Virus record (IMG/VR): IMGVR_UViG_3300017917_004015
Direction: 5' to 3' (one strand)
Source: a virus
Lineage: Duplodnaviria; Heunggongvirae; Uroviricota; Caudoviricetes
Length of the DNA: 23,252 bases
Numbering within the stretch: the first letter of the stretch is position 1; each line of letters starts with the position of its first letter. Below, one piece after another: positions 7,074-16,521 of the stretch. The notes below the pieces were generated by a model. That model did not search any database, was not told where the DNA came from, and was given only the letters and a program-made list of their open reading frames with translations. The position numbers and the translations under genes are program-made.

Positions 7074-7382
7074 CTATAGATATTCATTATCATGGACATC
7101 AACAATGAAGTTAAATTTAATTTCATCTAAAAAGAATTTTTTAATATTATCTAATGTCTGAGTACCAGTTAAATTATATTTACGTTTTAAAGGTTTATAA
7201 ATTTCATCTGAACAAACTGAACAAATAGGTAATGAGTTATTCTCAAAACTAATATATGAACAATAAGTTATATGTGACTCATCAAAATCTATATAATGAT
7301 TCAAAATAAATAAATCTGAATTGATATCAAAAGTAATAGAACCTGAAAATAAATATTGTTTAAAATCCTGTACAAAATCCAT
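7074..7382 (-). CDS. Hypothetical protein (102 aa)
   Basis: ORF track; fills the gap between its neighbours. Confidence 0.55.
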   Translation of the reverse strand: MDFVQDFKQYLFSGSITFDINSDLFILNHYIDFDESHITYCSYISFENNSLPICSVCSDEIYKPLKRKYNLTGTQTLDNIKKFFLDEIKFNFIVDVHDNEYL

Positions 7383-7390
7383 ATTTTTGT

Positions 7391-8344
7391 TTAGAATCTA
7401 ATATTACCTTGATTAACATTAAATACTGGAATACCTAATTTTAACCAAACATTTTCAAGTACCTGAAGTCTATCGTCAAAAATTACTTTTACATAATATT
7501 TATCACGAATAAAATCATCAAATAGCTGAAACTTAATTAAATCATCACTTCTATTATCACCGTCCATTCTCATGAAGAGTAGATAATCATCAGGGGAAAA
7601 TCCGCACTTAGTTAAAAATTCTCTGGTTTGTTTTTCATAATTTTCACGTCTTCCAGAAAAAAATACAATTTGAGTACCATATTTCATTTGGAAATGAAGA
7701 TATTCACGAATAGGTTCGTTAATAATGTCATTTTCAAAATCCCTATGGTACGGGTTTTTAACTTCCCTATCAAATAGACTAAGAGTGCCGTCTAAATCAC
7801 ATATAATAGCTGGTGTAAGAGTAACATCATTATGATACCTAACATCAATCTTAGGTATAAATAAAGGTATGTTATTAACAATAAAATATTCTTTAATTTT
7901 ACCAAAAATATCAAAATGTTGTTTTAGATAATCAACGTTATATTCTAGTCCTTCTCTTTTTCGAAGATTCTCTAATGCTACTTCATAAGGTTGTTCAATA
8001 AAAATAAATTCAATATCGCAACGGTGGTTATATCTATTGATAATATTATCAATAGATTTCTTATATACATTATATTTATGGTCAGGACCAAAAAATGTTG
8101 TGTCAAGAATAACATTATTACCAGCATTTAACTGATTAAGAATCAGTTCATGTTGGATATCATTAATATTTTCTTCGATTTTTTTAAAATCTTTTCGGTT
8201 ACTGTATGTATTTAAATCTAAACCTAATAGAGTTCGTATATCATCACGGTTAACTCTGAACGTTCTATCATTTTCAGATACAAGTTTTTTACTATAAGTT
8301 GTTTTACCACATCCAGATGGTCCAATTAATACTGTTAATTTCAT
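7391..8344 (-). CDS. pnkp1: Polynucleotide 5'-kinase / 3'-phosphatase (T4 PseT / Pnkp1 type)
   Basis: P-loop GPSGCGKTT and RVNRDDIR in the kinase domain; HAD motifs DLDGTL, FFSGR and FDDR in the C-terminal domain. Confidence 0.92.
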   Translation of the reverse strand: MKLTVLIGPSGCGKTTYSKKLVSENDRTFRVNRDDIRTLLGLDLNTYSNRKDFKKIEENINDIQHELILNQLNAGNNVILDTTFFGPDHKYNVYKKSIDNIINRYNHRCDIEFIFIEQPYEVALENLRKREGLEYNVDYLKQHFDIFGKIKEYFIVNNIPLFIPKIDVRYHNDVTLTPAIICDLDGTLSLFDREVKNPYHRDFENDIINEPIREYLHFQMKYGTQIVFFSGRRENYEKQTREFLTKCGFSPDDYLLFMRMDGDNRSDDLIKFQLFDDFIRDKYYVKVIFDDRLQVLENVWLKLGIPVFNVNQGNIRF

Positions 8345-8604
8345 AATATATCAATGTTTGTAAAGTTTAAATCATAATCATATTTGTCAGTTCTAACTAA
8401 TATAGCGTGGTCTTTTAAATCAGACCATTTCATATTATTGTATAACCACTTAGCATTTTCAAGTGTATTATTTAACATTTTATTAACATCTTTGTTATTA
8501 ATATTTTCAAGTAAAACATTATTACTATAAAGTCTATGTCTAACTATTACCTCAGAATGTACTTTATAAACCTCCCCATTTGAGAATCTAAAAAAAATGA
8601 ACAT
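8341..8604 (-). CDS. Hypothetical protein (87 aa) inside the RNA repair cluster
   Basis: ORF track; 4-bp overlap with pnkp1 and 1-bp overlap with the upstream ORF. Confidence 0.6.
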   Translation of the reverse strand: MFIFFRFSNGEVYKVHSEVIVRHRLYSNNVLLENINNKDVNKMLNNTLENAKWLYNNMKWSDLKDHAILVRTDKYDYDLNFTNIDIL

Positions 8605-9038
8605 TAGTTTTTAAAAGAAATTGATGTTTGTATAAGTGTTTTTAAATATAATTTATCAAGTAATTGCGTTTTAAAATAGTTATATGTTAATTTAAATTTA
8701 AAAACTGACATATTTGTATTAATTAAACTTTTAATATTAGCAGCGAAATCATTAAACTTCTTATGACTAATATCGGTGTTTTCTTTCAAAAAATTATGCA
8801 ATTCATAATCATTAGCTTCAAGTAATTCGTTAATAAAATTAGCTTTATAACTTTGATTATAATACATTTTTTCGGTAGCTTGATAAATTTGGTCAAGTAG
8901 GTCAGTAATAAATTCTAAACTGACATACTTAAGCCCTTGATATTCAATTTCAGGCTTAAAAAAAGATTCAAAAAGATAGAAAATTAACCTATACTCTAAA
9001 TATTCTTTTTTAACCTCGGACATATTTTTTATCATCAT
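8604..9038 (-). CDS. Hypothetical protein (144 aa) inside the RNA repair cluster
   Basis: ORF track; 4-bp overlap with the ligase stop. Confidence 0.6.
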   Translation of the reverse strand: MMIKNMSEVKKEYLEYRLIFYLFESFFKPEIEYQGLKYVSLEFITDLLDQIYQATEKMYYNQSYKANFINELLEANDYELHNFLKENTDISHKKFNDFAANIKSLINTNMSVFKFKLTYNYFKTQLLDKLYLKTLIQTSISFKN

Positions 9039-10246
9039 AATCTTTTATCCAATGTTTCTTTTTCAAGTTTTTCCTGTAAAATACATTTAGTAAACAATTT
9101 TGTATAATCTTGGTTACTAGGATTAACATCTTTATATGGGATATTTAATAATGCGTTTCCAAGTTTAAAATCATTTATCGAAGCTTTAACTTTACTATTT
9201 ATACTTCTCTTTTCAAAGATATTATCATAGTTAAGATTAAAATCCAATCCATACACTAAAGTAAGATATTTGTTATTTCTAACTTTAAAACAACCGGGTA
9301 TTTCATGGTCAATAGCTTGCATTTGATTAAGGGCTTTAACCATTACACCCTCCATATTTTCTGATACGAGAGAATTGTAATACTTATAAGCTAAATCGAC
9401 AGAATTATCAAAATTATTCAAATCTAATGAACACTGGATATCATCAGATACAATACTAAATGTGTCTATTGTTCTAGTATTTATTTCAGTCCCATCAGTA
9501 TTAACTATTTTTAAAATACTAAAAGGTTTAAAATATGGTTTACCTTGTGTAGAAAAAATATCTAGCTGTTCATCGAAAATATTAATAGATTTTTCTTTAT
9601 CATTAAGATTATATATTATTACACTGTCAATACTTTCATACTGACGTACAATATGATGTTTATATTTCTTAATTAATTCTTCTCTACTTAATGAAGTAAC
9701 ATCATTAATATATTGTTTATAAAGTGGTTGGTTTTTAATTTTTTCTAGTTTACCCAATAAACTACTATTTTTAAGTAAATTTAGATGTGTTTTTTGAGTA
9801 TAAAGATAACTAAGAAAATCATATTCAATTAAATTAGCACCTAAAATAGACCAAGGTAAAAGTTCAGATTGAATTAAAATTATTTCAGCATTAGGATATA
9901 AATTAAACATTTTCTCATGAAGTGGTTTAACAGCTTCAAATAAATCATCTTTATTTAAATTTCTCCTAGAAATATAATAACCGTTTCTTGAAACAAACTT
10001 AGTTTCAGCTAGATTTTTATTTAGATAAATATCACAATATGAACCCATATATTTAGGTTGTACCAAAACATTAGTTATACCATGATTTTTGTAATACAAA
10101 AGTGCTTTGTAAAGACTTTCAATTTCATTTCGGTCTTTATCCTTAGGTGCGGGACTGATAGTAGGTGAAAAATGGTTAATTTTTTCAAGTCCAGCATAAT
10201 GTACCCTAGCCTCTATTTTTTCTCTATCGTATTCGTGTTGTTTCAT
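9035..10246 (-). CDS. rnl: RNA ligase of the bacterial Pnkp/Rnl (Hen1-activated) type
   Basis: Motif I QPKYMGS, SRNGY, ELLPWS, motif IV EGVMVK, motif V KVRNNKYLTLVYG (compare KCRGREYLRIIYG in bacterial Pnkp ligase domains); adjacent to hen1. Confidence 0.88.
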   Translation of the reverse strand: MKQHEYDREKIEARVHYAGLEKINHFSPTISPAPKDKDRNEIESLYKALLYYKNHGITNVLVQPKYMGSYCDIYLNKNLAETKFVSRNGYYISRRNLNKDDLFEAVKPLHEKMFNLYPNAEIILIQSELLPWSILGANLIEYDFLSYLYTQKTHLNLLKNSSLLGKLEKIKNQPLYKQYINDVTSLSREELIKKYKHHIVRQYESIDSVIIYNLNDKEKSINIFDEQLDIFSTQGKPYFKPFSILKIVNTDGTEINTRTIDTFSIVSDDIQCSLDLNNFDNSVDLAYKYYNSLVSENMEGVMVKALNQMQAIDHEIPGCFKVRNNKYLTLVYGLDFNLNYDNIFEKRSINSKVKASINDFKLGNALLNIPYKDVNPSNQDYTKLFTKCILQEKLEKETLDKRL

Positions 10247-11583
10247 TTTGTTATTACTACTCCTTGTGTTGGTGTTACAATTTTATTATTTGATAAAAGC
10301 TGGTCACCTATTTGAATGAAATCAATTTTATATGTAGTATCTTTGAAGATATCATTAATATACTCCCTAAAATCGTTTTGACTTAGTTCAAAAACATGGT
10401 CTTCACGTCTTTTAGCTGTATTGAGGTCTTCACCAATAAAATAAAATTGATTGAAATCAGCATCAGGTGTTGTTATAACTAACTTCTCAAAGTTAATGTT
10501 TGTTACTATATCAAGTATTAATTTTTTAGATACATCTATTTCATTATGTTCAATAACTTCAGTAATGATAATATTATACACCTCATCTGAATTATATAAA
10601 TCTGATATATTTTTAAGATGAATTAAATTACTACTATTCAGAACTTTATGTTTATATCTAGTTTTAAATAAATTAATTCGTTCTTCAGTTTTTTCATCCA
10701 AATCAAAGGCATAATACTTTTTATTAAAACCAAGATTACATAAGAATTTACGAACATACTTTAATTCTCCGCAACCGATATCAATAATATCCCTATCGAG
10801 ACCAATTTTTTCTGAAATACTATTCAACCGACAACCATGTGTATCTTCAAAATGAAATTTAAGTACTGGATTTGGAGTATCTACAAAATAATTCTCAAGT
10901 CTAGTCTTAACCTTTTCAAAAATAGTTTGTGTAAAAATAGCTCTTTTGATGAAAAGGTAAAACATAAAATAAGGTAAGTTATCAATATTTGTTAGTACCT
11001 TAACATACTTATTAACTAACTGTTCTTCAACAACAAAACTTTGTTCGTTAGTAATTGTTGTCATAAGACAAACCAATGAAACAACATTAAAAGTTTCAAA
11101 TATATTTTTACCTGTATATTTTAGTGAATACAAATTACCTTTAATTTGATTAACATCAAGATTTGGAATATATCGACTTAGAATGTATTTACCATCTCTA
11201 TACCAATTAGAGTCAATATAAAATAAAGGTATTTCAATTGTTGCCTCTTCTTTATCTAACTCAAGATTAGTTTTATTTAACCAAGATATTGTCTGTGAAT
11301 AATAAGTATGTTTATCAACTAAAAATTGAGGGAATAACTCTGAAATAAAATTTAAAGCTGCTTGTGGATTACAATAAGACTGGAAATCAATTAAATTATC
11401 AGAGTATTCAGCATAGATATATTTAAAGGTATCTATAAATATAACATTATATTCATTATCAGACTCTACTACACCAAATAAATTACCATTTTTATAGGTT
11501 TTGGTATAAACACCGAAATCAGAATTCGGGTTCTTATTTAATAGGCTAAGTAAATTAGGATTTTTACTTTTAATATTAATCAT
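10243..11583 (-). CDS. hen1: Hen1 RNA 3'-terminal 2'-O-methyltransferase with N-terminal ligase-activating domain
   Basis: N-terminal LSLLNKNP (compare YLLHKHP), SAM motif DIGCGE, metal motif EVIEH, TTPDADFN and REDHVFE (compare RHxDHxFEW). Confidence 0.9.
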   Translation of the reverse strand: MINIKSKNPNLLSLLNKNPNSDFGVYTKTYKNGNLFGVVESDNEYNVIFIDTFKYIYAEYSDNLIDFQSYCNPQAALNFISELFPQFLVDKHTYYSQTISWLNKTNLELDKEEATIEIPLFYIDSNWYRDGKYILSRYIPNLDVNQIKGNLYSLKYTGKNIFETFNVVSLVCLMTTITNEQSFVVEEQLVNKYVKVLTNIDNLPYFMFYLFIKRAIFTQTIFEKVKTRLENYFVDTPNPVLKFHFEDTHGCRLNSISEKIGLDRDIIDIGCGELKYVRKFLCNLGFNKKYYAFDLDEKTEERINLFKTRYKHKVLNSSNLIHLKNISDLYNSDEVYNIIITEVIEHNEIDVSKKLILDIVTNINFEKLVITTPDADFNQFYFIGEDLNTAKRREDHVFELSQNDFREYINDIFKDTTYKIDFIQIGDQLLSNNKIVTPTQGVVITK

Positions 11584-12064
11584 TATTTTCGATTGTTTTA
11601 CAGTGTATTCGATTAACCCTTACTTGAATATTTCTACTAGGTATACTTAATATACAATTTTGTTCAACTTCTAAAAACATATCATTGTCAAGTTTTACTG
11701 GTATTTTATCAGAAAAATCAAGGTCAATAATAATTCCATAACCAAAATCATTAAGTTCTTTTTGAGTATAAGAATCTACTAGACGTTTTTTCTTATCGTC
11801 ATCAAATGTAGCTGATACAAAATCTTCAATTGTAACTCTTTGATAAAGTTCTTTTTCGTCCATATATAAGTTTGACGCATATTTTTGTCGTATTTCATCT
11901 TCAATAACCTTGAGATTATTTTGATTGCTTTCTACATTTTTAAGTATTTCCTTAATAGCCTTCTGTTTCCTTTCAAACATGATTTCATCAAGCTTATTAA
12001 CAAGCTTTTCCATGAAATATTCATTATTAATTAAATTATCAATTTGTTCGTTGTTTAGATTCAT
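11576..12064 (-). CDS. Hypothetical protein (162 aa)
   Basis: ORF track; 8-bp overlap with the hen1 start. Confidence 0.6.
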   Translation of the reverse strand: MNLNNEQIDNLINNEYFMEKLVNKLDEIMFERKQKAIKEILKNVESNQNNLKVIEDEIRQKYASNLYMDEKELYQRVTIEDFVSATFDDDKKKRLVDSYTQKELNDFGYGIIIDLDFSDKIPVKLDNDMFLEVEQNCILSIPSRNIQVRVNRIHCKTIENND

Positions 12065-12159
12065 ATCTTTTTAATTCTTTTCTTTTTAATTCATTTTCTA
12101 ATATACTAATAAATTTTTTTAAAGCATTGATACTTAAATTTCTAGCGACAAATTCAAAA

Positions 12160-12468
12160 TTAATATTTAAGTTGTTTTTCATATGTTTCTATTTCTTGAA
12201 AAACTTTTTCGAATTTAACACATTCAGATAAAAATTCTTTTTCGGTGATGCAAGTATCATACCATTCACCTAGTTGTTTATAAATTGAATATTTATTTTT
12301 AAAAAGTTTTTCCATTTTACTATAAAATTTAGTTTTAAACTTACAAACCATTACAAGCTGATGTTCATTACCAGTCTGTAATGTAATTAACCTTTTTTGA
12401 GGGTCATTTGTTACACCAATTTTAAAAGAATTTAGATTTTTTTTCTGTATCAAATAAACATATTTCAC
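12160..12468 (-). CDS. GIY-YIG nuclease, T5orf172/MUG113-like
   Basis: YVYLIQ....FKIGVTNDPQKRLITLQTGN ... E ... GEWY. Confidence 0.8.
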   Translation of the reverse strand: MKYVYLIQKKNLNSFKIGVTNDPQKRLITLQTGNEHQLVMVCKFKTKFYSKMEKLFKNKYSIYKQLGEWYDTCITEKEFLSECVKFEKVFQEIETYEKQLKY

Positions 12469-12483
12469 ATAAGTAAAATACGT

Positions 12484-13326
12484 CTATTCAATCCACATAG
12501 CTTTGTGTCCATCAACATTAAAGAAACAATCGGTATCAAAAACAGGTTCTTTAAGAATATACTTTTTAAAATTAATATAAAATCTATCGCCTCTACAATG
12601 TTTCAAGGTTGTATAATTACCATAATCATAAATATAACCCGGTGGTATTTTAGTTATTTTAAAATGTTTAATTTTTACATTATATTCACTAAAAAATAAT
12701 TTATCCTTAAGATTTAACAAAGTACCAAAATTTAAATTAGAGGCGTTAATTATAATCTCATCTGAATAAACGCCTTCAATAATAAAATTTTCACTTTCTA
12801 ATGTATCAACCAATTTTTGAGTAATAGACTCTTGAATTTTAACTATTCTTGCTGGATTAAACTGACCTAAAAAATATTGTCTAAGTTTTTTTGATTTACC
12901 AAGAAAATCATGTATATCTAGTTCTCTCATAAATGTTAACCAAGGTACAGTATCTTTAAATTCAAGTACCTTTTGGGTTATATTCCAATTTGATTCAGAA
13001 AAATCAATACTAAGATATTCCTGATTTTCTAATGGTTTAAATTCTTTTTTCTTAAAATCATTATTAAACTGATATGAGTTTAATTTTTCTTTAAAATCAT
13101 ATTCATTCATAAAATTTTTAAATTTTACTAATGCTTCATCTCGATGTGCTGATGTATCAGTAAATTTACTGGTGTAATCTTTTACATCTTCAATAGCTTC
13201 TTTAAGCCATTCGAATTCTTTTGACTTAAACATTTGTTCAATATAGTAATCATACAAATGGTATAAAGGTATATTTAAATTATATTCCTTACAAAGAAGA
13301 TGTACTTGTTTATCTGTTAAATTCAT
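12484..13326 (-). CDS. Hypothetical protein (280 aa), possible polymerase-palm-like motifs
   Basis: YLSIDFSESN, SKKLRQYFLG and YSDEIII; the function is not established. Confidence 0.55.
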   Translation of the reverse strand: MNLTDKQVHLLCKEYNLNIPLYHLYDYYIEQMFKSKEFEWLKEAIEDVKDYTSKFTDTSAHRDEALVKFKNFMNEYDFKEKLNSYQFNNDFKKKEFKPLENQEYLSIDFSESNWNITQKVLEFKDTVPWLTFMRELDIHDFLGKSKKLRQYFLGQFNPARIVKIQESITQKLVDTLESENFIIEGVYSDEIIINASNLNFGTLLNLKDKLFFSEYNVKIKHFKITKIPPGYIYDYGNYTTLKHCRGDRFYINFKKYILKEPVFDTDCFFNVDGHKAMWIE

Positions 13327-13367
13327 AATACTAGGTTTTTCATTAAAAAGATAAAATAAATAAAATG

Positions 13368-14270
13368 TTACTTAATTTTATCAAGAATCTCATTAACCGA
13401 ATTAATACGATAATAACCAACATTAAAATTCTTATTGTGTTCAGCTGTTAAGAGAAAAGTTGTTATACCAGCATTAGTTAATTCTATAAAATTTTCATAT
13501 CTATCATCAATAAAATACTCTATACCAGCCTTTTTAGCGGCATCAACTTTACTCATCTCCAATCCTACTGAATATACAGGTGCAACAGGGAAATTGTGTT
13601 TATCTAACCAATCCTCAGTTATTTTAACTGGTACAGACCTTGATGTGATATAACAAGTAGGGGTAAATTTTAATTCATTACCATTAAATTTTGGTGTTAG
13701 ATTTTCCCAAAAACTAATAGGTAATTCATTTAATCTTTGATACATTTGTCTATCAAAATACCAATGACTTGGAATAGGTAATTTAAATTTATCACAATAT
13801 TGACTTACAAAATTATTCAAGCAATCATCAATGTCAAGTCCTATTTTAGGTATTGATAAGTATGTTTTTTTCCTATTATCAAAATTAGGGTGAATTTTGT
13901 AATATTCTTTTATGAAGGCGGCATTTGTTAATAAATGGTCAATATGTAATAATGTACTTTCTTCATCATAATCATAACCTTTCTTAATTTCAAGAAGATG
14001 TCTCTCTAATGAATTTAAAACCTCCGTCCAAGGCATACCATTTCTCCAATTATCAGCACCAGATACTACTTCACAGATATAATCAGGATTATCTACAACA
14101 CCCTTTTCAAATCTAATAATTTCATTAGTTTTCTTATCTCTTAAATATGTTACCGTATATTTATTAGCCCCGTAAGCTAAGACCTGTGCAATACCTTCAA
14201 TAGTACTATTGGGTATTAAATTGATTGGTAATTTTCCATTATTAAACCTGAGTCCTTTTTTCTCTGACAT
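13368..14270 (-). CDS. Fusion of dATP/dGTP diphosphohydrolase (DUF5664 / PF18909-like) and HAD 5'-nucleotidase-like domain
   Basis: N-terminal GLRFNNGK..LIP...AQVLAYGANKY...NWRNG....NSLERHL...DEESTLLHIDH; C-terminal GLDIDD, YITSR, K, FIDDRYEN. Confidence 0.8.
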   Translation of the reverse strand: MSEKKGLRFNNGKLPINLIPNSTIEGIAQVLAYGANKYTVTYLRDKKTNEIIRFEKGVVDNPDYICEVVSGADNWRNGMPWTEVLNSLERHLLEIKKGYDYDEESTLLHIDHLLTNAAFIKEYYKIHPNFDNRKKTYLSIPKIGLDIDDCLNNFVSQYCDKFKLPIPSHWYFDRQMYQRLNELPISFWENLTPKFNGNELKFTPTCYITSRSVPVKITEDWLDKHNFPVAPVYSVGLEMSKVDAAKKAGIEYFIDDRYENFIELTNAGITTFLLTAEHNKNFNVGYYRINSVNEILDKIK

Positions 14271-14694
14271 AATTTTCTAAAATTTCTGTATATTTTTTAT
14301 CTTGTCTAATATACAAAAATAAAAGAAAAGGTACGGCTACTTTTTCTTCTTTTCTATGTCTTGTTATTAAAAATTTAAATAAGTGATAATTACTTTTCAC
14401 CATTTCATCTAATAATTCAATAGAAGATACATTATATTTTTCACGAATTTTCTTAGTCTTTCTTTCAAATTCTTTTAAATCAATAATAACTTTCTTTGGG
14501 TTTTTTTTCCATTTATCAGCAAATAAATCATATAACTCTGCAATTTCTTTATCATCTTTTTTTATAACTTTATTAAGTCTCTTATTAGATAAAGGATTGT
14601 AAATGAAATAATATTCAGACCCTTCCTTTATTACTTTACCGGTATATGGGGTATTATTAGGGTTTCTTTTTGAGAATAATTCTTTATCTTCCAT
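14242..14694 (-). CDS. Hypothetical basic protein (150 aa)
   Basis: ORF track; overlaps both neighbours. Confidence 0.55.
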   Translation of the reverse strand: MEDKELFSKRNPNNTPYTGKVIKEGSEYYFIYNPLSNKRLNKVIKKDDKEIAELYDLFADKWKKNPKKVIIDLKEFERKTKKIREKYNVSSIELLDEMVKSNYHLFKFLITRHRKEEKVAVPFLLFLYIRQDKKYTEILENYVREKRTQV

Positions 14695-16495
14695 TATATT
14701 TGTTTTTTAGTTTTTTAATTAAATCGTCGGTGATATCTAACCTAGATATTTCATTTAAATTTATTTTTTCATTATCAATAACTGCTTTAATAACACGGTC
14801 CTTTTCTTTAATCAAAAAATTTATATCTTCATCAATAGTATTAGCAACTAAAACTTTATTAACTACTACTGAATTTTTTTGTGATATTCTATGCGCTCGT
14901 GAATAACACTGTTCATTAACTGATGGAACATAAGATAATGTTATATCAAATATAGTTGATGATTTAGTTAACGTTAAACCAGCATTACCTGATTGTTTAG
15001 TTAAAAATAAGTTCATTAACTCATTACTATCACTTTGAAATAAATCAACTTTATTTTGTCTGCTTATCATGTCAGTATCGTCGCCAGTATATAACGCTGA
15101 ATTGTCTTTAAACTCTTCATATAAAGCATTTAAACATCCTTTATATTCATCAAAAACTAAAACTTTTTGATTTTCTCTATTATATAAAGGTATAATATCC
15201 TTCATATATTTAAATTTTATACTCGAAGTAAATTGTCTTAGTCTTGTTAAAATACTTAATACATATACTTTTTTATTATCAGTATCTTTTAATGAAAAAC
15301 TATCCCAATCAAATTGTTTTAGAGCATTTTCAATGTCTTTGTATTGACGAAGTTCCTCATCCGTCATTTCTATTATAACATCATTAACAATCTTTTCGGG
15401 TAAATCATGTAAAACCTGTTCTTTTTTAACTCTAAACATTAAACCATTCATTTTTTGGTTTAACATTTCTAAGTCAGGCTCACCTATTTGTTCATATTCT
15501 TTTTTCCTTGCATTATATCGTAAACCACAATAAGTTTCATAGAAATATACTTTATTACGAATTTCAGATGGACATAATATTTTAAAAAGTACATATAATT
15601 CAGTAATTCTACTAGGTATAGGGGTACCAGTAAGTAAAAACTTATATTTAAATTTTTGAGTTTCTATGAAATTAATAATATTTTCAGTCCTATTAGAATC
15701 GGTATTTTTAATATAATGTGCTTCATCTAAAATAACAACATTTACATCTTTAATCATATAAGTATCTATGATTTGATTGTACATTTCTTCAAATTTTTTA
15801 GTATTTTTACTAAAAAAATCATAATTTACTATTATATATTTAGCTTCATCAATAGTAGAAACTTGTTCCTTTTTATTTAAACCTATGACATAGACTTTTT
15901 TATGTTTAGTAAACTTAATAACTTCTTTTTGATAATTCATCCTAAGATAGGATGGTACTATAACTAACACTTTATTAATATCCTGAGCCATTTCGCAAGC
16001 CAATATACTAGTAATTGATTTACCAGTTCCCATATCCATAGCTAATAACCCATCTAAAGTATGAAGTAAAAATTTAGAACCAATGCATTGGTATTTATAT
16101 GGGGTTACTCCTTCTTCAAGAAAAGATTTATAATAATTAATATCTATATCTTGATTTAAATCTTTTATTAAAATATTCTGTTTTTGTTTTTGTAATTCAT
16201 TTGATAAATTATCAGCTAAAATACTTTTTTCACGGTTCTTTTTTTTACAAAAAGTTAAAAATTTTTCACGTTCATTCAAATCTTCAAAAACAAAATTAGT
16301 ATCTTTACTATTTCTATATATACCAATAATAAGATGATATAAACCATCTCTACTTACTATATAACAACCAAGCCCAACATCATAACTTCTTTTGTTTCTA
16401 TCAATCGTTTTTAAATTACTAAAAAAGGTTGGGTTGTTTCCGGGTGTTATAATATTGTATCGTCTCCCATTTTTTTGTATTTTTACTGTATACAT
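14684..16495 (-). CDS. SNF2-family helicase/ATPase (SMARCAL1/HARP-like)
   Basis: MDMGTGKS (I), DEAHYIKN (II), LTGTPI (III), GNAGLTL (V), QCYSRAHRISQ (VI). Confidence 0.9.
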   Translation of the reverse strand: MYTVKIQKNGRRYNIITPGNNPTFFSNLKTIDRNKRSYDVGLGCYIVSRDGLYHLIIGIYRNSKDTNFVFEDLNEREKFLTFCKKKNREKSILADNLSNELQKQKQNILIKDLNQDIDINYYKSFLEEGVTPYKYQCIGSKFLLHTLDGLLAMDMGTGKSITSILACEMAQDINKVLVIVPSYLRMNYQKEVIKFTKHKKVYVIGLNKKEQVSTIDEAKYIIVNYDFFSKNTKKFEEMYNQIIDTYMIKDVNVVILDEAHYIKNTDSNRTENIINFIETQKFKYKFLLTGTPIPSRITELYVLFKILCPSEIRNKVYFYETYCGLRYNARKKEYEQIGEPDLEMLNQKMNGLMFRVKKEQVLHDLPEKIVNDVIIEMTDEELRQYKDIENALKQFDWDSFSLKDTDNKKVYVLSILTRLRQFTSSIKFKYMKDIIPLYNRENQKVLVFDEYKGCLNALYEEFKDNSALYTGDDTDMISRQNKVDLFQSDSNELMNLFLTKQSGNAGLTLTKSSTIFDITLSYVPSVNEQCYSRAHRISQKNSVVVNKVLVANTIDEDINFLIKEKDRVIKAVIDNEKINLNEISRLDITDDLIKKLKNKYNGR

Positions 16496-16510
16496 AAATA
16501 ATTATATATC

Positions 16511-16521
16511 ACTAATATAAC
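16511..16521 (-). promoter_or_regulatory. Putative promoter element GTTATATTAGT upstream of the helicase
   Basis: Identical to 4479-4489; lies in the short intergenic gap. Confidence 0.35.

Noticed and set aside
12160-12468. GIY-YIG gene as a mobile intron or homing element
   Set aside because: It is free-standing, does not interrupt a gene, has no intron structure and no extra DNA-binding domain; kept as a plain CDS.
13368-14270. Z-genome or 7-deazaguanine pathway call
   Set aside because: No purZ, queC/D/E, folE or dpdA homolog is recognisable in the window; the diphosphohydrolase alone is insufficient.
9462-14906. Plus-strand ORFs 9462..9644, 12505..12699, 13435..13653 and 14670..14906
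   Set aside because: Short, motif-free and antisense to well-supported genes.
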